A stretch of DNA of 64,000 nucleotides from an uncultured delta proteobacterium (GTDB taxonomy: Bacteria; Desulfobacterota; Desulfobacteria; Desulfobacterales; SG8-13): NCBI GenBank assembly GCA_963848135.1, contig CAWKCK010000009.1, forward strand, positions 62,001-126,000, given 5' to 3'. The notes beneath the pieces were generated by a model. The model saw nothing but the letters and a program-made list of their open reading frames with translations, was not told where the DNA came from and searched no databases. Numbering within the stretch: the stretch's first letter is position 1; the number at the start of each line of letters is the position of its first letter. A program made the translations under genes and the position numbers. Of the stretch, positions 10,187 to 20,370 are shown one piece after another.

Positions 10187-12100
10187 ATGCCGCTTGATGG
10201 AAAGATACCCGCCGGTCCCTTAGCGGATAAGTGGGACCGCTATCGATTCGAATTAAAACTGGTCAATCCGGCCAACAAGCGTAAATACGACATCATCGTT
10301 GTCGGTACGGGTTTGGCCGGCGGGTCCGCATCCGCTTCACTGGCCGAATTAGGTTATAATGTCAAAACATTCTGCATCCAGGACTCGCCCCGCCGAGCGC
10401 ACAGCATCGCCGCGCAGGGAGGCATCAATGCCGCCAAGAATTACACCAACGAAGGCGACAGCATCTGGCGTCTGTTCTACGATACCGTCAAAGGTGGCGA
10501 CTTCAGGGCCCGGGAAGCCAATGTTTACCGGTTGGCCCAGATCAGCAACAACATTATCGATCAGTGCGTCGCCCAGGGGGTGCCTTTTGCCCGCGATTAC
10601 GGGGGGTTGCTCGCCAACCGGAGTTTCGGTGGCGCTCAGGTCTCACGGACTTTCTACGCCCGGGGACAAACAGGTCAACAGCTATTGCTGGGAGCATACA
10701 GCGCTTTGATGCGCCAGGTGGCATTAGGCAAAGTACAGATGTTTCCGCGCCGCGAGATGCTGGATGTCGTTGTCGCCAACGGACAAGCGCGCGGCATTGT
10801 GGTTCGTAATTTGATCACCGGAAAAATCGAAACCCATGATGCCCATGCTGTCGTACTATGCACCGGTGGATACGGAAACGTCTTTTTTCTCTCCACAAAT
10901 GCCATGGCCTCAAACGTTTCAGCGTCCTTCAAGGCATACAAACGCGGTGCTGCCTTTGCCAACCCCTGCTTCACCCAGATACATCCGACCTGTATCCCGG
11001 TTCATGGAACCTACCAGTCCAAGTTGACCCTCATGAGTGAAAGCCTGAGAAACGATGGACGGGTGTGGGTGCCGAAAGAACCCGGTGACAAGCGGTCGCC
11101 GCAGCAGTTCAGCGAGACGGAAAGAGACTATTACCTGGAAAGCAAGTATCCGAGCTTCGGCAATCTTGTACCCCGGGATGTGGCCTCGCGCAATGCAAAA
11201 GAGCAGTGCGATATGGGCAAAGGGGTCGGGGACACCGGTTTGGCCGTTTATCTGGACTTTGCTGATGCCATCAAACGGGATGGTGCGGATGTTATTGCCA
11301 GAAAATACGGCAATCTCTTCCAGATGTACGAGAAAATAACTGGTGACGATCCTTATAAAACACCCATGATGATTTATCCGGCGGTGCACTACACCATGGG
11401 AGGGCTATGGGTGGATTACAACCTGATGAGCACGGTTGACGGGCTATTTGTGCTCGGGGAGGCGAATTTCTCCGATCACGGCGCCAACCGCCTTGGTGCC
11501 AGCGCACTGATGCAAGGCCTGGCGGACGGTTATTTTGTTATTCCTTACACTATCGGCGGATATCTGGCTGGAAAATCCTTTAAGGAAATGAACACGGGCC
11601 ATGCGGCTTTCAAAGATACAGCCAAGGAAGCCGGCGAACGGATAAATAAATTACTTACCATCAATGGAAAGCGGACCGTGGATGATTTCCACCGTCAGCT
11701 CGGATTGATCATGTGGGACTACTGCGGTATGGCACGCAACAACGACGGTCTCGAAAAGGCCCGACACATGATCCAGGAGTTGAGAGAGGAATTCTGGGAA
11801 AACGTTATTGTACCGGGAGTTGACAAAGATTTTAACCAGAGCCTCGAGCGCGCCGGCCGGGTGGCCGACTATATGGAATTCGCCGAACTGATGGTGACCG
11901 ATGCCTTGGCTCGGCAAGAATCCTGCGGTGGTCACTTCAACGAGGCCTATCAGACCGATGAAAATGAGGCCCAAAGAGATGACGAAAAATTTTGCCATGT
12001 AGCGGCTTGGTCATACACCGGTCCAGGCAAGGACCCGGAATTTGATAAAGAATCACTGATTTTCGAAAACGTTGAATTGACCCAAAGGAGTTACAAGTGA
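10187..12100 (+). CDS. sdhA: Succinate dehydrogenase/fumarate reductase flavoprotein subunit
   Basis: [19 protein letters not shown] (FAD-His), [27 protein letters not shown]. Confidence 0.97.
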   Translation: MPLDGKIPAGPLADKWDRYRFELKLVNPANKRKYDIIVVGTGLAGGSASASLAELGYNVKTFCIQDSPRRAHSIAAQGGINAAKNYTNEGDSIWRLFYDTVKGGDFRAREANVYRLAQISNNIIDQCVAQGVPFARDYGGLLANRSFGGAQVSRTFYARGQTGQQLLLGAYSALMRQVALGKVQMFPRREMLDVVVANGQARGIVVRNLITGKIETHDAHAVVLCTGGYGNVFFLSTNAMASNVSASFKAYKRGAAFANPCFTQIHPTCIPVHGTYQSKLTLMSESLRNDGRVWVPKEPGDKRSPQQFSETERDYYLESKYPSFGNLVPRDVASRNAKEQCDMGKGVGDTGLAVYLDFADAIKRDGADVIARKYGNLFQMYEKITGDDPYKTPMMIYPAVHYTMGGLWVDYNLMSTVDGLFVLGEANFSDHGANRLGASALMQGLADGYFVIPYTIGGYLAGKSFKEMNTGHAAFKDTAKEAGERINKLLTINGKRTVDDFHRQLGLIMWDYCGMARNNDGLEKARHMIQELREEFWENVIVPGVDKDFNQSLERAGRVADYMEFAELMVTDALARQESCGGHFNEAYQTDENEAQRDDEKFCHVAAWSYTGPGKDPEFDKESLIFENVELTQRSYK

Positions 12101-12861
12101 CGAATACCATTAATTTAACGTTAAGAATATGGCGTCAAAAGGGTCCGGCAACCACGGGGAAGCTGGAAACCCTTGAAGCCCGTGACATATCGACCGACAT
12201 GTCGTTTCTGGAAATGCTCGATGTCGTCAACGAGGGTTTGACCTTGGTAGGTAAGGAGCCGATCGCCTTCGATCACGACTGCCGTGAAGGGATCTGCGGC
12301 TCTTGCGGTGCGGTGGTCAACGGTCGACCACACGGTCCTCAAAAAGGGACGAGCCTCTGTCAGTTACACATGCGTCACTTTTCTAACGGCGACACGCTCG
12401 TCATAGAACCATGGCGGGCTCGGGCATTCAAGATGGTCAAAGACCTCGTGGTCGACCGCAGCGCGCTTGACAAAATGATCCAGGCCGGTGGTTTCATTTC
12501 CGCCAATACCGGCGGAGCTCCGGATGCCAACGCACTTTTGATTCCAGAGGAAACCGCCGAATTGGCAATGGATGCCGCCGCCTGCATCGGTTGCGGGGCC
12601 TGTGTCGCAGCCTGCCCGAACGCATCGGCGATGCTTTTCCTGGGGGCCAAAGTCTCCCATCTGGCGCTACTACCCCAGGGACGGCCCGAAGCCATGAAGC
12701 GCGCTTCTGCCATGGTGCGTGAGATGGACCGTCTGGGATTCGGTAACTGCACCAACGAAAGGGAGTGTGAGGCCGAATGTCCGAAAGAAATTTCCATCGT
12801 CAACATCGCCCGGCTGAATCGTGAGTATTTAAAATCCCGTATTTTCTCGAACGAGAAATAA
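12097..12861 (+). CDS. sdhB: Succinate dehydrogenase/fumarate reductase iron-sulfur subunit
   Basis: [33 protein letters not shown] cluster motifs. Confidence 0.96.
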   Translation: MTNTINLTLRIWRQKGPATTGKLETLEARDISTDMSFLEMLDVVNEGLTLVGKEPIAFDHDCREGICGSCGAVVNGRPHGPQKGTSLCQLHMRHFSNGDTLVIEPWRARAFKMVKDLVVDRSALDKMIQAGGFISANTGGAPDANALLIPEETAELAMDAAACIGCGACVAACPNASAMLFLGAKVSHLALLPQGRPEAMKRASAMVREMDRLGFGNCTNERECEAECPKEISIVNIARLNREYLKSRIFSNEK

Positions 12862-12916
12862 TGGGTTAACCATAGGGGATAATCTGAGGGGAAGAGTGTT
12901 GTTCCTTAAATTCGGC

Positions 12917-12960
12917 AAACGGGAAACACCGCTTATATCGGTGGCCTCCCGTTTTTTTTT
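12917..12960 (+). terminator. Intrinsic terminator after sdhB
   Basis: aaacggga..caccg / cggtg..tcccg stem followed by a T9 run. Confidence 0.75.
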
Positions 12961-12996
12961 ACTAAATAGATAATAGAGGATGCGACGGTGCCGGTA

Positions 12997-13100
12997 GTAT
13001 AGTGTTTGTAGAAAAAAACGTTCCGTTATTCGAACGTTTTTTTCTACAAACACTTATACCATCCTTTCGTATTTCGGATCTTATTTTTGAAAAGCGGTAA
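12997..13100 (+). repeat. Dispersed ~105-bp intergenic hairpin repeat, copy 1 (best preserved)
   Basis: Perfect 23-bp inverted repeat 13001-13023 / 13032-13054, then tataccatcctttcgtatttcggatcttatttttgaaaagcggta. Related copies at ~53.8, 58.9 and 63.9 kb. Confidence 0.8.
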
Positions 13101-13261
13101 AAACCAGACTCCGAGGGCGCACCGCGTCGTTGGCTGGAGTGTGGTGTTGCATCCGGGTACCCCCGCGGGATTATTTGGCAGGAATCCATATGTCACCTGT
13201 GACGGTATGGTATCGCACCACCGAACCGCTCCGGCATCTGCCGCTTTGAAAGGAGACACGC

Positions 13262-13549
13262 ATGCATACTCATGACCATGGCTCCGGGCCAACCATGAAT
13301 CAGTCCATCTTTGATATCGGTCTTTCCGTGGAAACGATTTCCGTTTACCTGTTGGTGTGCGGATTAACCGATGCCGGACGCAGCGTTACATCAAAGAGCC
13401 TTGCCGAAGTTTGGAATGGAACCAAAGCGGCTCTGGATCAAGGGCTGCAGGACCTTGAAGACAAACACATCATCAGCCGAATCCTTACAGACGGGAAAGA
13501 AAATGCCGCCTTCAAGGTCATGGATATTCATCGCTGGAATGTCGGATAG
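13262..13549 (+). CDS. Small hypothetical protein, possible winged helix-turn-helix
   Basis: ggaga SD. Pattern IF...LSVETISVYLL.C...LAEVWN....L..GL..LE...II resembles HTH proteins. Confidence 0.65.
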   Translation: MHTHDHGSGPTMNQSIFDIGLSVETISVYLLVCGLTDAGRSVTSKSLAEVWNGTKAALDQGLQDLEDKHIISRILTDGKENAAFKVMDIHRWNVG

Positions 13550-13602
13550 GGCCAAAAATGGCTGTTCGGGCACGTGGATTCGAAATCTTGTTCCGGAGCC
13601 GA

Positions 13603-14022
13603 TCACCCCTCATCCTTGGAGTGTTCGCCCCGAAGCTCTTCGCGTACGCGCTGCCTGACAATTTTTTCCGGTGCTTTAGACTGGATTCCGGGACACATGG
13701 AACCCATGATCCGCCAGTTTTCCGTTTCCCTCAACACATTTTCGATATACGGCCACTGACGGCACATGCGGGGTTTAACCGGATGAATTGTGCAAATTCG
13801 ATCCCAGAAAACGCAATATCCATTCGACTTTTGCGCCAGTAGGGGCCTGTTACCCGACATTCGGCAGTGGGTCGACGCGAAGGTTTCAGGGGACATACCG
13901 ATGTAGTCGGCGATTTTGACGATGTCCGCTTTGGAAAGATACGTTCCGCCGTAGCCCTTGCAGCAATCGCCACATTTGCGGCACTCGAAGATGTTCGTTG
14001 ATGTCAAGCTATCTGATGTCAT
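13603..14022 (-). CDS. YkgJ-family cysteine cluster (Fe-S/Zn) protein
   Basis: FECRKCGDCC, CVF, CTIHPVKPRMCRQWPY. The start overlaps the recR stop. Confidence 0.88.
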   Translation of the reverse strand: MTSDSLTSTNIFECRKCGDCCKGYGGTYLSKADIVKIADYIGMSPETFASTHCRMSGNRPLLAQKSNGYCVFWDRICTIHPVKPRMCRQWPYIENVLRETENWRIMGSMCPGIQSKAPEKIVRQRVREELRGEHSKDEG

Positions 14023-14611
14023 GGCGACCTTCCAGGGCACGTTTGAGGGTGACCTGATCGATATATTTCAAATCGCCGCCAATGGGGACTCCCGATGCGA
14101 TACGCGTTATCTTGACCGGGTTGTTCCGCAGACGGTCAGCAATATAAGCGGCAGTCGATTCTCCATCAACGGTGGTGCTGGTTGCCAGGATAACCTCGCC
14201 GATGCTTTCCTTGTTTAAACGGGACAGCAGTTCACTGATCCGGATTTCATCTGGCCCGATGCCGTTTATGGGTGACAGCGCACCGCCCAGGATATGGTAG
14301 CGCCCTTTGAAGGCGCCTGATTTCTCGATGGATACCATGTCGGCCGGCTGCTCAACAACGCATACCAGATGCCGGTCACGACCCGGATTGCTGCAGATGT
14401 GGCAGACTTCGGTATCGCTCAAGCCGAAGCACTGTCCGCACAGTCGCACATTCGCCTTGAGCTCTAAAATGCTCCGGGCCAGCTGTTCGATCTCGATGCG
14501 CGGGGATCGCAACAGGTGCATGGTCAATCGTTCGGCCGTTTTTTCACCAATACCCGGCAGCTTCGAAATGTGCGTGATGACTTTGCGGATAGTTTTAGGG
14601 TAATAATTCAT
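14009..14611 (-). CDS. recR: Recombination mediator RecR
   Basis: [13 protein letters not shown]4 zinc finger, Toprim domain, [17 protein letters not shown]. Confidence 0.97.
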   Translation of the reverse strand: MNYYPKTIRKVITHISKLPGIGEKTAERLTMHLLRSPRIEIEQLARSILELKANVRLCGQCFGLSDTEVCHICSNPGRDRHLVCVVEQPADMVSIEKSGAFKGRYHILGGALSPINGIGPDEIRISELLSRLNKESIGEVILATSTTVDGESTAAYIADRLRNNPVKITRIASGVPIGGDLKYIDQVTLKRALEGRHDIR

Positions 14612-14919
14612 GTCAAACCCGGTATGCTCATACCGCCCGTTAGCTTTGCCATTTCAGTCGATACCATTTCCTGGGATTGCGTCAAGGCATCGTTAACGGC
14701 AGCCAGGATAAGATCCTGCAGCATATCTACATCTTCCGGGTCGACCACTTCCTTTTCGATTTGAATGGCCACGACTTGCTGTTTACCGTTGGCGACGACC
14801 CTGACCATACCTCCGCCGGCTGTGGATTCTACCGTTTTCGCAGCCAGTTCATCCTGAAGGCGCAGCATTTTAGCCTGCAGTTTCTGGGCCTGCTTCATCA
14901 TGTTCCCCATGCCTTTCAT
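14608..14919 (-). CDS. ybaB: YbaB/EbfC nucleoid-associated protein
   Basis: [29 protein letters not shown]; dnaX-ybaB-recR synteny. Confidence 0.96.
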   Translation of the reverse strand: MKGMGNMMKQAQKLQAKMLRLQDELAAKTVESTAGGGMVRVVANGKQQVVAIQIEKEVVDPEDVDMLQDLILAAVNDALTQSQEMVSTEMAKLTGGMSIPGLT

Positions 14920-14979
14920 GAATTATCCTCCTTTAAGATTCTAACATCTATAAGTTTTCCGTTAAATATATCCAGCGCT

Positions 14980-16599
14980 TCAGCGACCAGTGGATGGCTC
15001 AGGGCCTCGCTTTTGAGCTGATTGTACTCTTTTTTTTTTTACATTATCGTTTTGTGATTCGGAGACGGTGCGAACATCGAGGTCCATAACCTTGCCGAAG
15101 ACATCTTTACAAACCCTTTGGATGATTTCAATGTTCTTGCTCTTTTGGATCATGGCAAGATTGAACGCATTGCCGACGACCTCAATAATCAAACGGTTAT
15201 CGTCCAATTGTTTCAACTGACACTTTAATAGATTGGCTGCCAGGGAGGGGTGATCAGCGGAGATGAGCGATTTGATCTTTCCCCAAGCGGATTGAAGGGA
15301 TCCCGGCGCTTCGCCCGGGCCGGCGATCGGGTGGTCCTGTATTACAGCCTTGGCCCCTGGAGGGGGGCTTTCCGCGCTTTGCTCGGATGAATTAAACGAT
15401 GGCAGCGGATCCTGTATGTTATCCGGTCGGCCAGCATCGCTCTGGCGAGTGTCGGCCAGTTCGTTTCGCAGATCATCGAGTTGCTCGATGAGGGTTTCGA
15501 TGCTCAATAGGGGTTTGGCCTGAAGCAGCCTGAAACATACCATTTCCAGGGCGATTTTTGTTTGGGAAGAAAATTTAACTGCGGGTTCTTCCCTGAACAG
15601 TAGATCGAAGAGTTGGTTCAAATGGGCTGTACTTACGAGAGCCACCTGATCGTGCATGCGTTGGATTTCATGGGCTGGCAGATCGACCAAGCGATCGGTC
15701 TGTCGGCTCAGCTTGACAACCACCAGATTTCTGAAATGCTGCACCAGATCGAAATAAAAGCGTTTCAAATCATGACCGCGGTCGTGGATATCGTCCAGAA
15801 TCTGCAGCACAGTGCGAGTATCGCCATCGAGAAGTGCACCCGAAAAGTTGAAAATCGTTTCCCGGTCGATAACACCCAGCAATTCCACGACATCCTTATT
15901 CGTTGCTTCGGTGCCAGAACATGCCATCACCTGGTCCAGCAGGCTGAGTGCATCACGCATACTTCCCCCGGCTTCCCTGGCAATTAGCGTCAGACTTTCG
16001 TCGGTTGTTTCGAAGCTTTCGAGCCGGCAAAGTTCGCGCATGTGCCTGGTAATCGATTCGAGTCCGATACGTTTAAAGTCATGACGTTGACAACGGGAAA
16101 GAATGGTCACCGGAATTTTATGAGGTTCGGTTGTTGCAAAGACGAACAAGACGTGACTGGGGGGTTCTTCAAGCGTTTTCAGCAGAGCATTGAATGCCGG
16201 TGTGCTGAGCATGTGGACTTCATCGATGATGTAGATTTTATAGGGGCTGTGGGCCGGCATGTATTTGACATTGTCCCTCAGTTCCCGAATCTGATCGACA
16301 CTGTTGTTCGAAGCGCCGTCGATTTCAAAAACATCGGCGCCTCTGCCTGTCGTGATTTCGCGGCAGGACCGACATACATCGCATGGTACCGCGGTCGGCC
16401 CCTCGGCACAGTTCATTGATTTGGCAAGGATGCGGGCGACAGTCGTCTTTCCCGTGCCGCGCGGCCCGGTGAACAGGATCGCGTGGGCCATGCGATCTGC
16501 CGCAATGGCATTGGACAGGGTCCGGGTAACATGGTCCTGGTCGATGACCGTATCGAATTTCTGAGGACGGTATTTACGCGCAAGAACCAGATAGGACAT
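14980..16599 (-). CDS. dnaX: DNA polymerase III subunit gamma/tau; the probable true C-terminus continues in another frame to 14916 after an A11 run
   Basis: LARKYRP, GPRGTGKTT, EIDGAS, DEVHML, TILSRCQ, GSMRDALSLLDQ. See the frameshift finding. Confidence 0.96.
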   Translation of the reverse strand: MSYLVLARKYRPQKFDTVIDQDHVTRTLSNAIAADRMAHAILFTGPRGTGKTTVARILAKSMNCAEGPTAVPCDVCRSCREITTGRGADVFEIDGASNNSVDQIRELRDNVKYMPAHSPYKIYIIDEVHMLSTPAFNALLKTLEEPPSHVLFVFATTEPHKIPVTILSRCQRHDFKRIGLESITRHMRELCRLESFETTDESLTLIAREAGGSMRDALSLLDQVMACSGTEATNKDVVELLGVIDRETIFNFSGALLDGDTRTVLQILDDIHDRGHDLKRFYFDLVQHFRNLVVVKLSRQTDRLVDLPAHEIQRMHDQVALVSTAHLNQLFDLLFREEPAVKFSSQTKIALEMVCFRLLQAKPLLSIETLIEQLDDLRNELADTRQSDAGRPDNIQDPLPSFNSSEQSAESPPPGAKAVIQDHPIAGPGEAPGSLQSAWGKIKSLISADHPSLAANLLKCQLKQLDDNRLIIEVVGNAFNLAMIQKSKNIEIIQRVCKDVFGKVMDLDVRTVSESQNDNVKKKRVQSAQKRGPEPSTGR

Positions 16600-16738
16600 G
16601 AATTCCCTCGACGAGTCGAAACAGGAGCCGCATGCTCAACAATATTCGTTCAGTCGCTGATCATACGGGGAGGCGGTTGTTGGGTTGCTGTCGGCTGTGT
16701 ACCGACAGAATCTATCGGTAGGGTTTTCTGGCAATTGA

Positions 16739-16832
16739 TGGCGGAGAGAGAGGGATTCGAACCCTCGGTGCCGCTTGTGACAGCACACACGATTTCCAGT
16801 CGTGCTCCTTCAGCCAGCTCGGACATCTCTCC
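16739..16832 (-). tRNA. tRNA-Ser(GGA)
   Basis: Minus strand GGAGAGATGTCCGAG...cacga-ct-GGA-aa-tcgtg, long variable arm, GGTTCGAATCC, ends in CCA. Confidence 0.95.
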
Positions 16833-16956
16833 GCATTTCAGCGGGCTAGCGATTCGCGACAGTCATGAGGCGGGGGGATCCTGGAAGCATTTTCTGCAGA
16901 TCGCGCCAATGGCGCCATTCCCCAAAGTGTATGGTGTATCAAATGTATTGTTATAA

Positions 16957-17049
16957 TGGCGGAGAGGGTGGGATTCGAACCCACGATCCCGTTTTTGACA
17001 GGATACCGCTTTTCGAGAGCGGGGCCTTCAGCCGCTCGGCCACCTCTCC
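16957..17049 (-). tRNA. tRNA-Ser(CGA)
   Basis: Minus strand GGAGAGGTGGCCGAG...ccgct-ct-CGA-aa-agcgg, long variable arm, GGTTCGAATCC, ends in CCA. Confidence 0.95.
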
Positions 17050-17369
17050 TGATCCCTCCATCAACCCTACGCGGATGCCCTGAATAACGTTTTTGGAATA
17101 TTCTGTCAACTGCCTTCTTTCTAAATGGGGCGATTGTGGAAGGTACCGCAGATAAAGGGACTTTACGCTTCAACTTTTCAAATATAGCGCGAGATTCATG
17201 AAATGTGCGGGTTAAGCTCTTTTACCTTGAACTGCCCCCGTCTTTTTAGTATCAGACTGGGCAATCATGCGTCGCAGGTTGTCGTAGGGCAGCAGCTGTC
17301 TTACATGCGAAGGTGGCCCTCCCATCGCCTGGCATGTCTACGCTGACAAACTGTAAAGGAAAATTAACC

Positions 17370-18704
17370 ATGGCCGAAGTTTTTCCGTTCGAGGGATTAC
17401 GATATAATCCGGAAAAAGTAAATCATCTTGCCGATGTCATCACGCCGCCTTTCGACGTTATCTCGAGCAAAGAGAAGGACCGCTACTACGAAAGCAGTCC
17501 TTTCAATATGATCCGGCTTATTCTCGGAAAGAAGACTGCCTATGATACCCGCAGCAACAATCCATATAGCCGCGCCGCCGACTACATGTCAACCTGGCTC
17601 AGCGATGGAATCTTCATTCCTGACCGGGAGCCGGCGTTCTATTTGACGACCCTGGATTTTAGGGCCGGCGGGAAGGCGTATAAGCGCTACGGCCTGATCG
17701 CTCGGGTGAAGCTTAGCCCCTATGATGCCGGCATTATACTGCCCCATGAGCGGACTTTTACCAATGTCAAATCGGAACGGTTGGCGCTGATGAAGGCCTG
17801 TCATGCGAATTTCAGCCCGATTTTCTCGATGGTTCCGGATGATGATGGGGGGGTGTTCGATGCCATGCGGCAATTAACCAAGAGAAGTGGGCCAGCAGTG
17901 GACTTCACGGCCGATGATGGTTGTCGGCACAAGCTTTGGCGACTCGTGGACCCCAGTGTCACGCAGAATCTGGCCGACATGATCCGTTCCAGAAAACTCT
18001 ATATCGCTGACGGCCATCATCGCTACGAGACGGCTTTAAATTACGGCCAATGGATGCACGAAACGAATCCCGGGTTATCCGCTGAGCACCCGGCCAATTT
18101 TGTTATGATGTACCTTTGCAGCATGGCTGATCCTGGCCTTGTCATCCGGCCGGCCCATCGTCTGCTCAAGGAAGTGCCGCCTTCGGCGCTGGATCAACTC
18201 ATTGAAAAAGCGCAACCGCAATTTCAGGTTGAAACCATTTCGTTTCGGGAGGATGAACGTGATGCTGCCCTTCGGCGGCTTGTGGCCACTATGCAAGGCA
18301 ACACCATGCGGAGAACAATAGGCATGTATATGAGGGGGCGAAGGACGTTCTATCGTTTGACCATGAATAAAACCGAATCAGTGGACGACCCGTTCGGGTC
18401 GGATTTGCCGGGTGCCTTGCGACAATTGGACGTTATGGTCCTGACACACCTGTTATTGATTGATTTTTTAAGTTTCGATCAGGCGCGGCTCGACAATGAA
18501 AAACTGATCGCATACACCACCGATGCGAGGGAGGCGGTATCGAGAGTCACCCGCGGGGAGTTCGATGTCTGTTTTCTACTGAATCCCACCAGCGTGCAGC
18601 AGGTTCGCGATGTGGCCGACAGTGGACAGGTCATGCCCAGAAAAGCAACCTATTTCTATCCAAAGGTCACCACCGGTTTGGTCATCAATCGTCTCACCGC
18701 GTGA
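17370..18704 (+). CDS. DUF1015 family protein (ParB/SpoOJ-like fold)
   Basis: PF.GLRY, PPFDVIS, ILPHERT, YIADGHHRYETA, MPRKATYFYPK. ATG 17370 follows an aagga SD. Confidence 0.9.
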   Translation: MAEVFPFEGLRYNPEKVNHLADVITPPFDVISSKEKDRYYESSPFNMIRLILGKKTAYDTRSNNPYSRAADYMSTWLSDGIFIPDREPAFYLTTLDFRAGGKAYKRYGLIARVKLSPYDAGIILPHERTFTNVKSERLALMKACHANFSPIFSMVPDDDGGVFDAMRQLTKRSGPAVDFTADDGCRHKLWRLVDPSVTQNLADMIRSRKLYIADGHHRYETALNYGQWMHETNPGLSAEHPANFVMMYLCSMADPGLVIRPAHRLLKEVPPSALDQLIEKAQPQFQVETISFREDERDAALRRLVATMQGNTMRRTIGMYMRGRRTFYRLTMNKTESVDDPFGSDLPGALRQLDVMVLTHLLLIDFLSFDQARLDNEKLIAYTTDAREAVSRVTRGEFDVCFLLNPTSVQQVRDVADSGQVMPRKATYFYPKVTTGLVINRLTA

Positions 18705-18739
18705 ACAGATTGATGTACCCGAATAAGTCGGGGTGACGC

Positions 18740-19462
18740 TCACAAGCGAAACATCTTCTCGATCTCCTCAGTGTAGTCGCCATTCCCCTGATAGATCGTC
18801 AGCGGCGGGGCAATGACAACGCCCGGGCGTGCACCTTTGATCCCTTTGATCAGTACCATTTTGGCGTTGGTCGTTTTGGCGGAGTGAATCATGCGGCAGT
18901 ACTTCGGTTCGATTCCCGCTGAATGCATGTGAACCATCGCCTCTATCGATCGATCAGCCGTATAAATTGTCAGGAATCTGCCTCCCGTGTGCATCGTTCT
19001 GGCGGAAGTAGTGACAATGTCTTCGAATCTTACTTCGATTTCGTGTCGGGCGACCGCCTTTTGGCGATTCGGGTTCAGGCGTCCGGCATTGTTTTTGTGA
19101 TAGGGCGGATTCGATACGACCCAGTTTACCGGTTGGGGGAGGTCGGTCGCAGATAGACCTTTCATGTCGCAATGTAAAATGCGGACGCGGTTCTGCATCT
19201 TGTTGGCATGCGTATTGCTGCGAGCGAGGTCAGCCAACTCACGCTGAATTTCAACCCCGATGACAGTCGATCCCGGGTGTCGGTATGCCATTACCAGCGC
19301 GATAATCCCACATCCTGTCCCCAGGTCCATTACGGTTTCACCGGGACGAGGGCGAACGTGATACGCAAGGATGATGGAATCGATCGAGAAGCGATAGCCG
19401 TTTCGGAATTGTCGCACCTGGAGCCGACCGTTGAAAAAAGTGTCTGAAGTATACGTATCCAT
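18740..19462 (-). CDS. trmN6: tRNA1(Val) adenine(37)-N6 methyltransferase family
   Basis: GYRFSIDSIIL, DLGTGCG, NPPY, ARHE. Confidence 0.85.
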   Translation of the reverse strand: MDTYTSDTFFNGRLQVRQFRNGYRFSIDSIILAYHVRPRPGETVMDLGTGCGIIALVMAYRHPGSTVIGVEIQRELADLARSNTHANKMQNRVRILHCDMKGLSATDLPQPVNWVVSNPPYHKNNAGRLNPNRQKAVARHEIEVRFEDIVTTSARTMHTGGRFLTIYTADRSIEAMVHMHSAGIEPKYCRMIHSAKTTNAKMVLIKGIKGARPGVVIAPPLTIYQGNGDYTEEIEKMFRL

Positions 19463-19592
19463 ACCCTAACCCAGAAAAGAATTCACCCAAGCTCCGGGAT
19501 AGTGAAACAAGCTCTTCTACCGCCGGACGGGAGTCCGCTGTCCTCAAACGGTTTATCAGCAACCATCCACTGGCGGCGTATTGAAACCACCG

Positions 19593-19913
19593 TCATACCA
19601 AAGGGCCGATCTTGAATTTAATGTCATCGATCGATTCATCATTCAAGGCGGCATTGACCTTCTTGATGATGTCTTTTTTCAAAAACTGCAATTGGTGTAA
19701 CCAGGGAGAACTGTTGACATGCACCAAAAGGATTTTATCTTTGAAAGCTGCCGGCTTGGCATTTGCGGCAATGATCTCTCCCACCGCGCGTTCCCAGAGC
19801 TGAAAGACCCGCGCCACCCCTGCGGCCCTTTTCGGTTTTCGGCCGTCCAGAATCCTTTCGATAATACTGCCGATCGGAACCGCTGTACCAGTATTTTCTC
19901 TTTTATCGTTCAT
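19593..19913 (-). CDS. dciA: DUF721/DciA-family helicase loader
   Basis: W..AVG..IA..A.P....L.V.V.SS.W..QL.F.K..II.K.N pattern. Confidence 0.8.
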   Translation of the reverse strand: MNDKRENTGTAVPIGSIIERILDGRKPKRAAGVARVFQLWERAVGEIIAANAKPAAFKDKILLVHVNSSPWLHQLQFLKKDIIKKVNAALNDESIDDIKFKIGPLV

Positions 19914-20370
19914 GGCGAGTTGCTGATTGTTTGCTCGTGAGACGCATGATATGAATTCAGCCTCAGGGGTAACGCAAACGTCACGGCGCTAATGTATATT
20001 AAGGTTGCTGAGCGCCAGCGAAGTGGATATGTATCCACAGAATGCCAAGCCGGTCGCTTCATAATAAAACGGTCGAGTGAACCTTATAGCGCCCATCACC
20101 GTTTGAGGCAACCGTCTTTCGAGTGAGAGGGGGATAACCGGACCTGCTAAGCTGCCATCCGGCGTTGCATGAATTGGCGGTGCATCGCTTTTTGCTTGAC
20201 TTAAAGGGATATGGATTTATACTAATGCTTTATCTCGGACGCGCAATTCAGGGTGATCGCCTTCGGCTATTCACACCGCGTTGCCGGTCAGTCCGTCTGG
20301 GGGCGCCATCGGGGCAAACCAGAAATCGGCTATCCGATTATTTAGCAGTGCATAACAACAGGTAAGAAAA

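Noticed and set aside
16600..16738. SRP RNA (ffs), often found between tRNA-Ser and dnaX
   Set aside because: The conserved TCAGGTCCGGAAGGAAGCAGC core is not present on either strand.
16739..17049. tRNA-Ser genes as an island integration site
   Set aside because: No integrase is adjacent, no duplicated tRNA 3' end was noticed elsewhere, and the flanks are housekeeping genes.
19914..20370. ncRNA (RNase P, 6S, tmRNA) in the dciA-hflK gap
   Set aside because: No diagnostic conserved motifs were recognised; an Rfam scan would be needed to exclude it.
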